63,934 nt of DNA from Vezdaea acicularis (GCA_026025075.1 JAPEUI010000094.1:1-63934); one strand, 5' to 3'. Counted from the stretch's first letter, positions 49,450 to 63,807 are shown. A program made the numbers and translations. The notes: a model not told the origin generated them from the letters alone.

Positions 49450-50512
49450 GTCTAGACCTTCCTAGTACGAAGACTTGAGAAGCTAAGTCGGGCTTAGAGG
49501 GTGGACTGGTGACAGAACGCAACAGAGCGGGGCAGAGGACTTAGGTCGATCAAAATAAATGACCATAGATTCTGCGAGTAGGCTGGATGAGGCAGCAACG
49601 TCCGTACTAAGCTCAGAAGATCTATAGCTATAGTTGGACTCGATGAACGGAAGTTGGTGGTGTGTTTTGGATGACAACCCTTTCTGGTTGGGAAAGTAGA
49701 GAGGGTGGTGATTGACAAGGTCTGTTGTAACAGGCAGCATTGTAAGCTGCGGGGGGGAACCCAAAGCGCCTAAATTTAGTGGGGCAAGCGATAAGGCCAA
49801 CGTCTCACAGCGACCTAACAGCTGGGCAAGATTTGGATAAGTTCGCACTCATTCATACGGGGAGCATGCATTGAGAAACCTTTAGTAGTGTTGGACAAGT
49901 TTATCTGCGAGGCTCAGTCTCGAACTTATCAAATGTATTGTCATCGGAACAGCTACCTAGAACCCTGAGACAATATACAGAAATCCGCTCTTAAGCAATG
50001 GCTCTTCGCGCTGCTCTCAAGAGCCAGCGACTTTACTCATCCATGGTTCGCAATTCTCGCTCGATGTCCGAATTTGTAGTGGATCGCTATTATTGTGCTC
50101 AAAATCACCCGCCGTGATGCTTGAAACCCGCTCTTCATCTCTCCGAAAGTTTAGCTTGCAGCCTTACATTTCCCCGCCGTTCCCAATTGCCAATCATGTC
50201 GATATTGTACAATACATCCTGATTTCGGCCTTATCAAAAACGAAGTTCCCCAATCAAGTAAGATACGACCTCATACTTTAGGGAAATATGGTTATATACA
50301 AGAAATTCTATAAATACTTAGGACTCTATGGGCATGAAAGTCCCTACAATCCTATGAAATATGCTGAGGAGAGATTCTGCCCTCCGATCGAAGCATTTTA
50401 GTTTGAAGCTAGCCCATATACAGTTGGCTTGAGATACCATCCGGATTATTGCTGCGGTCAGCACACTAACTAAAGCGTGTGCTGGAAGACGTTTTTCCTA
50501 TCAATATGCCCA

Positions 50513-52601
50513 TCATCGTATTGCGTTAGGATTAACCCCGCTCAAGTTCTTAAGCTTCTCTGCAAGCTTTGGATATCTCTCTTGTACCTCTAGCTGCGTC
50601 CTGGTGGCCTCAGCATAGGAGAGCGCGTTGATGATTTCACCTTCGGTCCTCGAGAGCTGTGCAGCTCTCTCGAAGTACTCCAGCGCTTCAGTAACCTTGC
50701 TTTGCTGAAGAAGAAGCTGGGCCATCGTTGCAACCGCGATGTCGCATTCAGGGTCAACTGTGACGGTAGGTTAGCCTCTAGTAAATGCCAATTATGCATT
50801 GAGCGGATATACTAATGAGGGCTTTTTTGCACAGCTTTTCTGCTTCCTGGAAATCATTTTTCCACTGGAAGAGAGCTAATGCTTTGTTGATGAGTGGAAG
50901 AACGTTCATGCCAGCTGGTTTCGTTTGCTTCTCCATTTCTATCGCCATATCGAACTTGGCAATGGCATCTTCGAACTTCTGTTGATCGAGTAATATTTCG
51001 CCATAGTAATTGTAAACGTCTGGCACCTTGTCGAAGTTTTTGATACATTTGCGGAATGTTGCCATTGCTGATGCAGTCGAGCCCATTTTGTATTGTGTAA
51101 CTCCAAGCTGAATATGAGAGAAGATGAAGCCACTATCAAGGTCAATTGACTTATGGTAATCCTTAGCAGCATCAGCAAACTCGCCAACGATGAAATGCAA
51201 TTGAGCACGATGATAGTAAATGTCAGGATCGTCGGCGTTATGAGTCATTGCTTGCTCGAAGTCATTCGATGCAGCTTCCCGATTGCCTAAATACGAATGG
51301 TCAATCGTTTGAAGTGAGTTGTTCAATTTGACTCACCTTGTTCCATATGCATGCTAGCTCGCTTAACGTAGCTCTGGGTCATGGACGGATCAAGCTCTAT
51401 ACTTTTGGATAGATCACTTAAAGCATCCTCGTTCTCACCTCGAAGATATCTGAAAGTGCCTCGCATATTGTAGGCAAAGGCCTCAAGATTGCCGAGATCA
51501 CCAACTTCAATTGCTTTGTCGAACGCCCGGGAGGCTTTTTCGTAGCTTTCACCAGTCTTTGTACTTAGGACAGCAAGGCCTAATTGAAGTTGGCCTCTGC
51601 CGCTCTCCTGTTCTAGTTCAGCAATATCCTCAAGGCCTACAGGCCTTGGTTTTGGCCGAAAGCTCTGTAAGTAATTGGCGACAAAGGTAGCGCTTGGTAA
51701 AGTCTTCTCTTTCGACGCAAGTATGGCTTTTGCTTTTTCTTCTGCAACAATCTTCAACAATCTCTCCACATTTTCTGCGCTTTTGCTATTAGAGAAATCC
51801 GTGAGAATACATCCGGCAGTTGTGTCCAGTAACGCCTCGCTATATCTACCAACATGCTCATATGCATTTGCTCTTCTGTTCAATGCCTTCAAATAGCCAC
51901 TATCAAGAGATATCGCCGCAGTGGTGTCCTCAATAGTTTGTTCCCAGTCTCCTAATGCATTGTGGCAGGCGGCCCGATTAGAATAAAAGATAGGATCTGG
52001 TTTGCACAGAATCGCCTTGCTGTAGAGTTCGATTGCCTTCTTGTAATTCTTTGACCCATATTCGTCATTGCCGGCTTTCTTTAGTCGAGCAGCATACTCA
52101 TTCTTTTGCTGTGACACTATTAACCGTTGGTCAGTGACTGTCAAATGGTCACCATACCTCGCTTGTCAATTGAGCAACTACTGCTTCATCTACTTGTGGA
52201 AGCTCTTGCTCTGACTCAACTCTGGTGGCCTCTGGTTGTTCTAGGCGTAGTCAGTAACTAAGCATGTCCAAATGATTCCGATTAAAACAAATACCTGAAA
52301 CCCCTGCCTTCTTTGCCTCTTCTGCCTGCTTTTTAGCTTTTCTCCGGTCCTTCTTACTTTTACGTTTTTCCTCCGCGGATCTGGTATCATCACCCGGCTT
52401 CCCTGTCTCAGAAAGATAATACACTATCCCGGCACCCGTGAATACTATCGCAACTGCTCCAACCGTACATACAATTACTTTATGCTCTGATATCCAATTC
52501 GATGCGCGACCCAAAAGGGAGGGTGTGGCGGAAGATGAAAGAAACGGAGAGTCGAGAGGTACATTCTGCGTGCCAGGAGACAGGATAGGCGTTGCAGACA
52601 T
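50513..52601 (-). CDS. TOM70: Mitochondrial import receptor Tom70
   Basis: N-terminal signal-anchor ([17 protein letters not shown]) plus basic stretch. TPR repeats LKKAGNDEY...[38 protein letters not shown], and C-terminal YAEATRTQ. Confidence 0.96.
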
Positions 52602-53248
52602 GGTGAAGATAATGGTTGCTGAGTTAGAGAAAGGAGAGAAGCTGTTCGAAACGAAGATAATGGCCCACACCTAGCCTTGAAAGAGAAAGAAAGGAAATGA
52701 GTACAACAGGACGATGTCGGCCGACCTTGATTAATGCTTGATATAGGGAGCTTTGGCCTCCTTGGCAAAGACTTCATGAGACGACACAGTCGAAAAGCTC
52801 GCTTCTTGGTGGTGATGCGGCTGCACCTTAATTATTCCTTACTAACTCTCGAGGTGCCAGCGTTCCACATGATCAACTCTATATATTTGGAGCAGGCACG
52901 GCAGCTGCCTCTATATCTTACGACGAACTTTACGTGTTTCTCTGTCGCGCGATCAACCATACTGTTAGAGGTGCCAAGAACGGTCACGTGAATGCAATCA
53001 TTGCTGCCAAGAGAAATACTTCAACTACAGTTGCCCTTAACTGGCCGACATAACATTACATCGAGGCATTCGCTTTCACAGCCTCCAAAAAAAGAAGTCT
53101 TAGGCTACAAAGATACCCATATGGCGCCAAGATTCTTGTTTCGACTTCGTCGAAGCTCTGTCCGGCTCTCATAATCTCTACATCAGTAAGAGCTTGGCCC
53201 TTTAGAGAAGCAAGTTTTCTGGCGTACGACCAGACCGTAATACCCCGA

Positions 53249-56200
53249 ATGGCAGATGACACTCGGCCTAACGAGCTGGACGATGGCTTTGAGCTATTCT
53301 CGTCCTTACGATATGATTCAATCCTAATCCAGAGTGCCCAGAATCAGGCACTTTCTGGGCTTTCGGACCAGCCCAGTCCATTCTACATGCTATCATATCA
53401 TAGAGATCGGGTTTTAGACGCGGCTTTGTACTTCGGATGGGAGAAGGTAGTCATCAGGCTCGAAGGTACCCAAGGCTGTGCACGTCTGCATCAAGATTTG
53501 CTAGATGAAGTCGCCAAAAGTCGTAGCGAAGGAAAGCCTGAAGAACCTCTGCGAGTTCGTTCCGAGGTCTTCGCAAATCAAGTCATTATTGCTAATATTA
53601 GCTCTAGATCCGTATTCTGTTTAACCAGGCTGGAGTGCTAAGCTGTGATATCAGCGGGACCCCTCCCGTTGGCCTCGATAGTTTGTTCCCGCAAACCCTG
53701 CAACCCCCTAAACCTCTTAACATCTCTCCCAGAACGGGCGGTGCTCTTCTTGCTGGACCAGACGAGAATTTCAATCGAGCAAGCAATTATGAGACGTGGA
53801 AAATCTATGTCGATTCCGTTCCCACCATTCCATCGCCATTCACGCGCTTCAAGACCACCCTCCGAGATGTGTATATTGCAGCCCGGGAGCGTGCAAGCAT
53901 CCAGTCCTTCCAAGCGAAGGCGGAGGTGATACTGTTTAATGCGAAACAAGAGCTCATGGAAGGAAGCATGACAAGTGTCTTTCTCTGGCGTAAAGGAAGA
54001 TGGACCACACCCTCGCTTGCTTCAGGGGGTCAAGCCGGAACAACTAGAAGGTGGCTCTTAGAGCAGGAAATGTGCGCAGAGGCAGTGGTTCGCGTCGACT
54101 CCTTAATTGATGGAGAGCACTGCTTCGTGAGTAATGGCGTGAAAGGCATCGTATGGGGCCAGATCAGTATTGGGGACAGAAGCAAGGATACTGGCCTTTC
54201 TTCTGGCACAGGCAAAGAAATTAGTGGAACGATGACACCTCCCGGGCGACGGAGTGTACAGTTCGCCCGGCCTGCTGTGAACATCGAGCAGCAAGAGCAG
54301 TCCTATTTAAGCCATGCGTTAGGTTCATCAGACCTAGATGATCAAGGAGAAGCTTCAAACAAAGAACGAAAGACAAGTGTCTCGCTATTGGACAAGCTCA
54401 AATCACTTGTTCCATCTGGTACCATGCCCCTTCATACCAGAACCCAAAGCGGATTTACAGTTGGCGGGAGTTCCCTCGGTGGTGATGAAACTCCGGGCAT
54501 ACCTCTTTCGCCAGAGGTGGAAAGGGACGAAAGGCGATTCCAAGACGTCTTGCGGGAAGGTGATGATGCTGATGCTGAGGAGAGCGGCGTTGATGATAAG
54601 ATTCCGAAGGCGAATCGAAAGAGATCAAAGCGTACTCGAACCTCCCCTGAAGACCGCGTACGCAAACCAGCTACTCCAAACACACCTGCTAATCGAAGCG
54701 TACACGCCCAGAGTCGCATGGCAGATTACAGTCCAACAGAAAACTTTCGCCCTTTCTTTCCCCGTCGTCGTGCTACGATGACTGATGTAGATCAAGGAGC
54801 AGCTGGAGTCTCCGAAGGAGAAGGACGTGATCGACTCGGTAAAGAGAGCCCTTGGAGGAGAGGAAGTCATTGGGTGCATTCTGCACGTGGCCAAAGTTAT
54901 GCTGGAACACTTGAGAATGGTGATCGAATTGGCTCTGAACAAAAACGGCCTAGTAACCTTCGCCGGTTTACGGGCTTTGCTGCTTCACATGATGGAGCTG
55001 ATGGCTCGCCTTCCGGTCTGTGGAAACTCAGAAACGAGCGTGCCTCGACCCTTAGTGCTGCCAAATGGAGATCTGTAAAAGCTAGTTTCAAGCTTATTGG
55101 CCGCCAAAAGAAGGAAGAGAACAGAATTGACAATGCGAAATCTGCAGAGCTTCTTGCTGAACTGACTGCGGGTACACCTGCAGCTCTGATTTTAGCAAGC
55201 ATGTTCCAGCGCGATGAACATGGAAATAAACGCATTCCAATTCTGCTTGAGCAGCTGAAGCTTCGTGTCACTGATAGTAGGAAGGTACATGGCAAGTCAT
55301 CCAGCGAAAGACATGTCGTCTTCAGGATCGAACTAGAGTATGGAAGTGGCCTCACTAGGATGAAGTGGGTCATACATCGATCTCTCAGGGACTTTGCAAA
55401 TCTACACATCAGATACAAGCTCCAAAGCGGTAGCGAGAAATACAAGCAACTATACGCTCGCTCAGACGAACAACGTCAGAAGTTACCACGATTCCCTAAG
55501 AGTGCTTTTCCATACCTGAGAGGAGTACGTGGTCTGGGTAGTGACGACGACGAGGAAGATGACGAAGAAGACACAGCTGCAACTGGTGGAGAAGATACAG
55601 CTAGTGGCCCCGAAGGATCTGCCAAAAAGAAACGAAGGATCTCTTCTTTCCACCATAGTCGAAGACAGTCAAGCGTGGGCCTATCTACTCTAGATGTAGC
55701 CGGAGCGAACGACGGTGGTGATGGACCGCACAGCACTGCCGTGATGAGTGGTGCCGCGCGGAGAGAGCAATATCCCGAGCGCCAGCGAAAGAAGTTAGAG
55801 CTCTACATGCAGCAGATGCTTCGTCACCTAGCCTTTCGAGCTGATAGTAACCGCCTCTGCAAATTCTTGGAGCTTTCTGCGCTTGGAGTTCGGCTTGCTG
55901 CCGAAGGAAGCTATCATGGCAAGGAGGGTTTTATGGTCATTCAATCAGTGAAAGGGTTGGATTTCAGAAGAAGTTGGCAGCCAAGTCAAGTTGCAAGTCG
56001 ACACTCGCCCAAATGGTTCTTGGTTCGGCATAGTTATATTGTCTGTGTCGACTCCCCCGAAGAAATGAACATTTATGATGTGTTTCTCGTCGATTCGGAT
56101 TTTACATTGCAACCCAAGAAGCGACGGCTTAGGGAGACAGTGCGAGATAAAAAGCCAAAGGATCTCGCGATCAGCGCCACCACCTCCGCGACTCACCCAA

Positions 56201-59200
56201 AACATCACTCGTTAAAGATCATAAATTCGGAACGTAGACTGAAGCTATTAGCAAAGAACGAGAGGCAACTACATCAGTTTGAGGACTCGATAAAATTTAT
56301 GGCTGCACAAACCCCATGGGCGAAGAAGAATCGCTTTGACAGCTTTGCCCCTGTAAGGCAGAACGTTTTTGCCCAATGGCTGGTCGATGGCAGAGACTAT
56401 ATGTGGAACGTCTCGCGAGCCATTAGTATGGCACGAGATGTCATATATATACATGATTGGTGGCTTAGTCCAGAATTATATATGCGTCGTCCACCAGCCA
56501 TCAGCCAAAAGTGGAGGCTAGATAGGCTGCTCCAAAGGAAGGCTGAAGAAGGCGTTAAGGTCTTCATAATTGTATATCGGAATATTCAGTCCGCCATACC
56601 TATCGACTCCACTTATACGAAGTTCTCTTTACTAGACTTGCATCCGAACATTTTTGTTCAGCGATCCCCTAATCAAGCCAGACAAGGCGCTTTTTTCTGG
56701 GCTCATCACGAGAAGATATGTGTCGTAGATCACACAGTGGCATTTGTTGGGGGCATAGATCTTTGCTTTGGACGTTGGGACACTCCTCAACACTCCGTTG
56801 TTGACGATAAATTGACTGGGTATGAAGCATTGGATATGCCTAAGGATGCCGACCATTGCCAGCTTTGGCCTGGAAAAGACTACTCTAATCCCCGTGTTCA
56901 AGATTTCTACGACCTTGACAAGCCGTATGAAGAGATGTACGATCGGACCAAAGTGCCGCGCATGCCCTGGCATGATGTTGCTATGCAGGTTGTAGGCCAG
57001 CCTGCGCGAGACCTTACCCGACACTTTGTTCAAAGATGGAATTATGTTCTAAGGCAACGAAGGCCGACCCGTCCTACTCCCTTTCTCCTTCCTCCCGCAG
57101 ATTTCAATCACGCAGATCTAGAAGCCCTCGGCTTGGATGGAACTTGCGAAGTACAAATGCTACGATCATGCTCTAATTGGTCTATCGGGACTCCTGAAAA
57201 AACCGAACATAGTATCATGAATGCATACATCAAGATGATCGAGAAATCAGAACATTTCGTTTACATCGAGAATCAGTTTTTCATTACAAGCTGTGAAGTG
57301 AGCGGGTCACGGATCGAGAACCTGATTGGTGACGCCTTAGTTGACCGCATCATCAAAGCAGCGGCAAATGAAGAGGACTGGCGTGCGGTTGTCATCATAC
57401 CGCTTATACCAGGCTTTCAGAACACTGTCGATGAGCAGGAAGGCACAAGCGTCCGCATCATCATGAATTGCCAGTATCAAAGCATCTGCCGAGGCGACTC
57501 TTCTATTTTTGGTCGTCTCAAAGCTCAAGGTATTGAGCCTGAAGATTATATACAATTCTACAGCCTGAGGACCTGGGGCAGAATCGGGCCAAACAAGACG
57601 ATTGTTACCGAGCAGCTATATATTCACGCCAAATGCATGATTGTGGATGATCGGATTGCTATCATCGGATCCGCGAATATCAATGAGCGCTCCATGTTGG
57701 GCTCTCGGGATTCTGAGTGTGCCGCGATAGTTCGTGATACCAACATGCTAGAGATTACGATGAACGGAGAGCCCTATCTTGTCGGCCAATTTCCGCACAC
57801 ACTTCGTATACGTTTAATGCGGGAGCATCTTGGGCTTGACGTCGATGATATTATGGAGAATGAGCGAGAAGATGGTGTGGATCGTCCAAGTGGGGAATGG
57901 GAGCAAGATATGAACCGGATATATGACGGAGACGTCGATGCGACTGGCTCTTCTGGAATTGATAAAGAAGTCGAGCAGAAGTTGGTCCAGTCACAACACC
58001 AGGCTCAAGATGACACTATCAACAAGTCAGAAAACATGTTTAGCTTTAGTCATGACGTCGATTGGGAGCAAGTCGAGAATTCCAATCTAATCTCACATAG
58101 AACCCTTACCTCAGATAAACGTGTTGTCGGCAATACCCGCCATCAACAAGACGTGAAAGGGGAAGGACCGGATCTCATGATAGAGGCAGAAAGGGGAGGC
58201 CTGTCTGGTGGTAGAGATTCCGTTCTCGTTAGTGGGCCCAGAGAAGTACTGGTCAGCAATGCTGTCCACGAAGGCAATGGGACGGTCACATCCTTGAAGG
58301 ACCAGAGTAACGAACATTTGCGGTCAAGCCAAGCAGCATCCGATGCTGTGGAAGCGGTCACGCCTCCTCTGCCGGAACAATCAGGGCAGCTGACATCTCA
58401 CTCAGAACTACCGCATTTGTCGCAACTTCCAGCCCTCCCCTCTACAGATGACGCTGACATCGGCGGCCCGGGCATCCAAGATACATTTTCAAAGCAAATC
58501 AGTGGTGCACTTGGACAGATGCTAGCTGAAATGCGACAGCCAGCAATTGACAAGGACTGTATGAAAGACCCCTTGGGCGACTCTTTCTATCTTGACGTAT
58601 GGCAAACTGTTGCAGAGAATAATACGAAGCTCTATCGGAACGTCTTCCGCTGCATGCCGGACAATGAAGTCCGAGGATGGGATGAATACAAAGAGTTCGT
58701 CGCATACTCAGACCGTTTTGCAAGAGCCCAGGGCCTCGAAATCGCTCAACCTACGAGGCAAGTTCAACCCGCCAAGAGCGGTCCACCTGGCCAAGGGAAT
58801 TTTGCAGATTCTATGGCGCTGTTCAACTCAGTAAGTGAGGTGGTGAGTAATTTGGAGAAGAAAGTTGGAGCTGCTGGTGATATGTTATCCGAGAAAACAC
58901 GCTCGAACGAAGAAAGCGACAGCAAACAGAAGTACAACCCCAAACCTGATTCAGGTTCAAAAGAGGCGCACGACCGCCAGTACGTTCGGGGTAGCCAAAG
59001 AGATTCTTTGAACATCAATGCATCAGCGGACAATAAGAATTTACATCCTATATCAGCTTCAGATGAAGGTCTCGAGAATATACTTCATCCTCAGGCAAGT
59101 GAGAACACAATGCAGGACGACTTGCAACGAAAACCCAGTCCATCCACAGCGCAAAAGAGAAGGCGCCGGGCAACGACACGTAGCAGCAAACGTGAATTCC

Positions 59201-59481
59201 ATGCAAATGATGAGGTCATCGACATGAAGGATGCGGAGGACATTTTAGGTCTTGTTCGGGGCCACCTGGTTGTCTGGCCATATGATTGGTTTGTCCATAG
59301 ATACTCGCATATCTTAGAAGCGGTTCGTGCTGACTTGAATTCGTTTAGGCTAGCAAGGGAGGAGCAGAGCGACAATTGGCTCTACGCCGTAGACCAAATT
59401 GCGCCCCTAGAGATCTAGTCAGTGATACAGCCATCAATTTCGCTATCGTACGTCAATACTGACATGATATCTAGCGACTGA
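53249..59481 (+). CDS. SPO14: In-frame fusion of an aminodeoxychorismate lyase-like class IV PLP enzyme (ABZ2-like) with phospholipase D (SPO14/PLD1)
   Basis: Exon 53249-53554, intron to 53607, then one open frame through FKTT, EGS, GTTRR, SNGVKG (ADC lyase motifs, ending ~54165) into RRSVQFAR, PX/PH regions and two HKD motifs (HHEKICVVD, YIHAKCMIVDD). Two 3' introns; ends EIYD* at 59481. Confidence 0.85.
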
Positions 59482-60735
59482 AGTTTACCGAGTAATCAGC
59501 GATGCCTTTGAGATAGGATGTTATGCTCTCGTCAAGATTTACCTTTGATCATACTTCGAGCGTTCGGCGTTTTATTGCACATGATCCACGTAGTGGTTAG
59601 CATATGGCATAGCGTCGGGGTCTTGGGTCAGCTGAGTGTCCTCTGTAAGATATGTTAGCAATCTTTGCGGGGTATTAGTCAGGCACGTGTGAATGAGCAC
59701 GATTAAATATATCTAAAGGAACTCTACACTGCCACTCAGTGATTTCCTGAGGAATCGGTTTTTTGATCTAGAGAGCGGTGAAGTAATAAGTATCGTCGAT
59801 CGAAAGATCCAATGCGGTGCTCCTGTAATCGCGTTCGTTCGAGGATCTGTGTAGCCCTAGATCTGGGTCAAAACCCAATACAGCTCTTGTGGCTTGATTT
59901 CGGCACATGTTTCAGTGACAAGCTTGGAAGGCGCTTTTGAATCAGATCAGGAAATAGAAGTTCTGCTATATATAATACCTTCATTGCGATTAATCTGGTG
60001 GACTAGGACTGTATTAGCTTGGCTAGTAGCCCCTCATTCTAGATGGTCTGCAATACGATGTCATCCTCTACGCGTTCATTCATCAAGCTGGTTATCCCCC
60101 CTCATCCTCTCGCGTCTATCCTACAGTCTGTGAAATCGCAGGGCCGCCTGGTACCCGCTAGTGCTGACGTCTGGAGTAGTAGATAATATAACTCTCTTTC
60201 CTTTGATCCTCGAATCATTGCGAAACTTCCATAATCTCTATTCATGACTATAACTATTCCTATAGATCCAAATTTTCATCAGCTCCCAGCTTCGAAGCCG
60301 CGTTTTCCACCATAGCTTAATATGATTCAGTAGATCATCAGATGAGGAAACGATCTCATTGAGGTCCGGCATGAGCGGGAGCATCCCACTGCGTGTGCTC
60401 CGGGCTCATCTTGATGTCACGGACCACCTGCGGCATAAGCTAGAAACATTCCACGCAAGCGCATTTCCCCCTCAAGCAATCTGACGGACACATTTGGTTT
60501 CTCGTAGGGTTTGGAACAGTATGGGCAAAGCTTTGAAACACGGGCCCTACGGGCATTTGTATGACCGCTTGGACTCAACTTCAATTGCCAAAGGAGCACA
60601 CTCTTTTGGCAACTCTCTACGCCGGTACCTGCGCACCGCCTTAAGAGGCCTGTCACCAAGATCTTATTGAGATAGAGAGGGCCTTGCTACTGGGAATTTC
60701 TTCAACCACAAGGGAACTCTCATGTATGCAACACA

Positions 60736-62703
60736 ATGTTCTCATCCATCATGAGCATTGTGTTATGGCAACTCCTTCGAATAATCTTACTTGCTCGCGC
60801 ATTACCGTCCCCAACGAGTAATGCCATTTTCGAGCAACTACCAGGTGTCCCACAAGGATGGCGGATGACAACTATTCCTTGGAGCCATACGAGATTGCAG
60901 CTTCGAATTGCAATGAAGCACCCAGGTCTTAAGAGCTTCGAGGACGCCATTCTGGGAATATCAACACCCGGTCATTCAAGCTACGGGAACCATCTGAGGA
61001 TTGATGAAATACGAAGGCTCATCACCCCGGAAGAGGAGGCAACTGCAGCTATTTTACAGTGGCTGACGTCAAGCGGGATACCTAGTAATGATATCAGGAA
61101 TGATACGGACTGGATTAGTCTCAATCTTACAGTTGGCCAGGCCGAGAGGCTTCTGGACACGAAGTATACATGGTTCTATCAGCAAGATAGTGGGATCTCA
61201 CTGGTTCGGACTCTTCAATACTCTATTCCCAAAAACCTTCACCGCTACGTCCATCTTATACAACCTACTACAAGCCTCAATACTTTTCAAGGGGGGGGCT
61301 CGACTCTAGGAAGAAGAAAGGTCAAGCGATTCGAAACCTCCGCGCATGATGCCATAACAAATTCCTCGGGCACTGCAACCAATGCGATGCTTCCAAGTGC
61401 CAATTCATGCGATAATTTAATCACTCCAGCATGTTTAATACAGATATACAACATTACAAGGTTCAACTTTACTTTGCCACCTAATGTCACGAATAAGATC
61501 GGCATTGCAGGCTTTCACGACCAGTTTGCGTCTCAGAGCGACATTAATTCTTTCCTGTCGACGACAGCACCTAATGCATCTGGGGCAAACTTTACCTTTC
61601 AGGGAATAGATGGATCCATCAACCAAGGCGGAGATGCCGCACTCGCGAGCACGGAGGCAAACCTTGATATAGAATATTCCGTAGCATTGGCGTACCCGGT
61701 CAACACGACCTTCTACAGTACTCCCGGGTACGCCCCAATAGTCCCGGATATTGAGGAACCTAATGTAAACAACCCTCATAATGAACCATTTCTATCCCTA
61801 ACGTCCTATTTGGTAAATCTTCCCGAGGATGAGCTACCCCAGGTGCTCATGTTCTCATATGGAGAAAACGAGCAGAGCGTTCCTTTAGGATATGCAAATT
61901 TAGTCTGCGAGGCCTTCCTTCTCCTCGGTGCTAGGGGCACGAGCGTTATTGTTGCCAGTGGAGACAGCGGTCCTGGCAGCGCTTGTCAGACCAACAATGG
62001 CACAAATGCGACAGCATACACCCCATATTTCCCCGCGGCATGCCCTTGGGTTACGACAGTCGGGGGAACTATTAACCCACTTAACGAAACAGCTTATGAT
62101 GCTAGTGGCGGAGGCTTCAGCAATTACTTTGGTCGCCCAAGTTATCAGGACGGCATCGTCGACAAATATCTCGAGGGACTTGGCAATGGTAATGCTGGAT
62201 TGTACAATGCATCAGGGCGAGGCTACCCTGACGTTGCAGTACAAGGCCAGAACTTCAGCTTCTACGATAAAGGCACGTCATACACTGTCCAAGGTACCTC
62301 GATTGGCCCTCCAATATTTGGAGGTATGATTGCCCAAATAAATGCAGCGAGACTGGCAACGAACCAGTCGGCTCTCGGTTTCTTGAATCCCTGGTTGTAC
62401 GAAGCTTCAGCAAGTGACGTCTCTCCGTTCAATGATATTGTTATGGGAGGCAGCGTTGGCTGCTATAACAGAAGCAGGTATAGTGGCTTGCCCGCTCCAG
62501 CCGTTCCTTACGCAGGCTGGAATGCCACAGTGGGATGGGACCCTGTTACTGGGCTTGGGTCGCCAAACTTCGGGAAGTTGCTACAAACCTTAAATTGGTC
62601 TGCTATCCTTGAAAGCAGTTCAGATAATATAACAAAATCAGACCCCGCTATCGTACAGATTTTCGATATGGTGGGTCAAGCAATCCCTTCAGCCATGGTT
62701 TAG
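60736..62703 (+). CDS. Secreted sedolisin / tripeptidyl-peptidase (peptidase S53)
   Basis: Signal peptide, pro-domain (ISTPGHSSYGNHL, RTLQYSIP), catalytic EANLD, oxyanion SGDSG, GRGYPDVA, GTS, and Ca-site GWDPVTGLG. Confidence 0.93.
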   Translation: MFSSIMSIVLWQLLRIILLARALPSPTSNAIFEQLPGVPQGWRMTTIPWSHTRLQLRIAMKHPGLKSFEDAILGISTPGHSSYGNHLRIDEIRRLITPEEEATAAILQWLTSSGIPSNDIRNDTDWISLNLTVGQAERLLDTKYTWFYQQDSGISLVRTLQYSIPKNLHRYVHLIQPTTSLNTFQGGGSTLGRRKVKRFETSAHDAITNSSGTATNAMLPSANSCDNLITPACLIQIYNITRFNFTLPPNVTNKIGIAGFHDQFASQSDINSFLSTTAPNASGANFTFQGIDGSINQGGDAALASTEANLDIEYSVALAYPVNTTFYSTPGYAPIVPDIEEPNVNNPHNEPFLSLTSYLVNLPEDELPQVLMFSYGENEQSVPLGYANLVCEAFLLLGARGTSVIVASGDSGPGSACQTNNGTNATAYTPYFPAACPWVTTVGGTINPLNETAYDASGGGFSNYFGRPSYQDGIVDKYLEGLGNGNAGLYNASGRGYPDVAVQGQNFSFYDKGTSYTVQGTSIGPPIFGGMIAQINAARLATNQSALGFLNPWLYEASASDVSPFNDIVMGGSVGCYNRSRYSGLPAPAVPYAGWNATVGWDPVTGLGSPNFGKLLQTLNWSAILESSSDNITKSDPAIVQIFDMVGQAIPSAMV

Positions 62704-63807
62704 AACTTTTCAATTTCTCCAACGCCGTAAGTGGGCACGAGGCATTGCAGCCCTTCACTAGTCCACCTCCATATCAAAATGAATAAAGTATCGACGGCAG
62801 CATTTGCCCTCACTTTGGTATTCCTCGATATACTTGTACTTATTCACCATTATGCTCTGTATGAGCCCCTAGCGACACGTCTGGAGTTACTTCCCAGCTA
62901 TTCACTGGGTCAAGGTGCATAGAGATCCTCTTGGCCTTGCGGCAGCTTGCATACAGGCAACAAGAAACTCTTTTGGGCACGTTGATACCCAGAGCTCGCC
63001 AAGTCGTAGCACAATCGTCCATCACGAAGAAATTGGCACGATGGAGACGCTGGTGAGTGTCTCAAACTGTCATCATTTAGAAAGATTGAGCGGAGGAACT
63101 CATCTTCTATGAAGTCTAGTGCGTAGACCGAGTTGTAGAGCCACGAGCAGAATGCTTGCATGAGTAATAGGTTGAGGCCGGGCGTATGTATTGCAGAGGA
63201 TTGAATCGTCATGTGATACGTTAGAGTATTAACATTACAGATAGAAGCTAAGGCCCCATAAGCGGAGTCATCCGGTGTTCGCGAAACTAGAGCCTCCATT
63301 GATGATAAAGTCATCGCGTTGTTCCCGCGACTTGATATCTGACCTGGTTCATGTCTGTTCAGAAGCAACTTGGTGCTTTACATACTAAATTGGAGATCAC
63401 AAGGTGAAATCACTATTCATGCTGTACACCAGCAAGAGTCCATACGTTGTTTGTGGATAGCATGATGGTCTGGGGGATCCCCAGAACATATAGAACCAGT
63501 TGTTTGTGGATAGCATCATAGTCTGGGGGGTCAACAGAATGTGTAGAACTAGCAAATTCGAAGCAATTAGGAGACAACTACCTATCACTAGAAATACAGA
63601 ATCAAACGCATTTACCTGCCCGAACGCGTCAAGACACCTCAGCATAGACCCCTGGAAGTTTCCGCTTCTCTAGCTACCACTTGAGAAGGGCAACAGGGCC
63701 GCTGGCGTCTCCGGATCCTACTTGTCAGAGCGCATCGTAGAGTACCGCCAGTGATGTGGCGGCTTCGGCTTTGGTGTTAGGTTTCGCCGACGAAATCTCG
63801 GACTTTC

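Noticed and set aside
20708..59481. PLC1 and PLD1 in one window as a lipid-signalling cluster
   Set aside because: About 30 kb and many unrelated genes apart; likely coincidental.
62910..63645. Minus-strand ORF fragments as a gene or degenerate transposon
   Set aside because: Interrupted and without recognisable domains; cannot assign.
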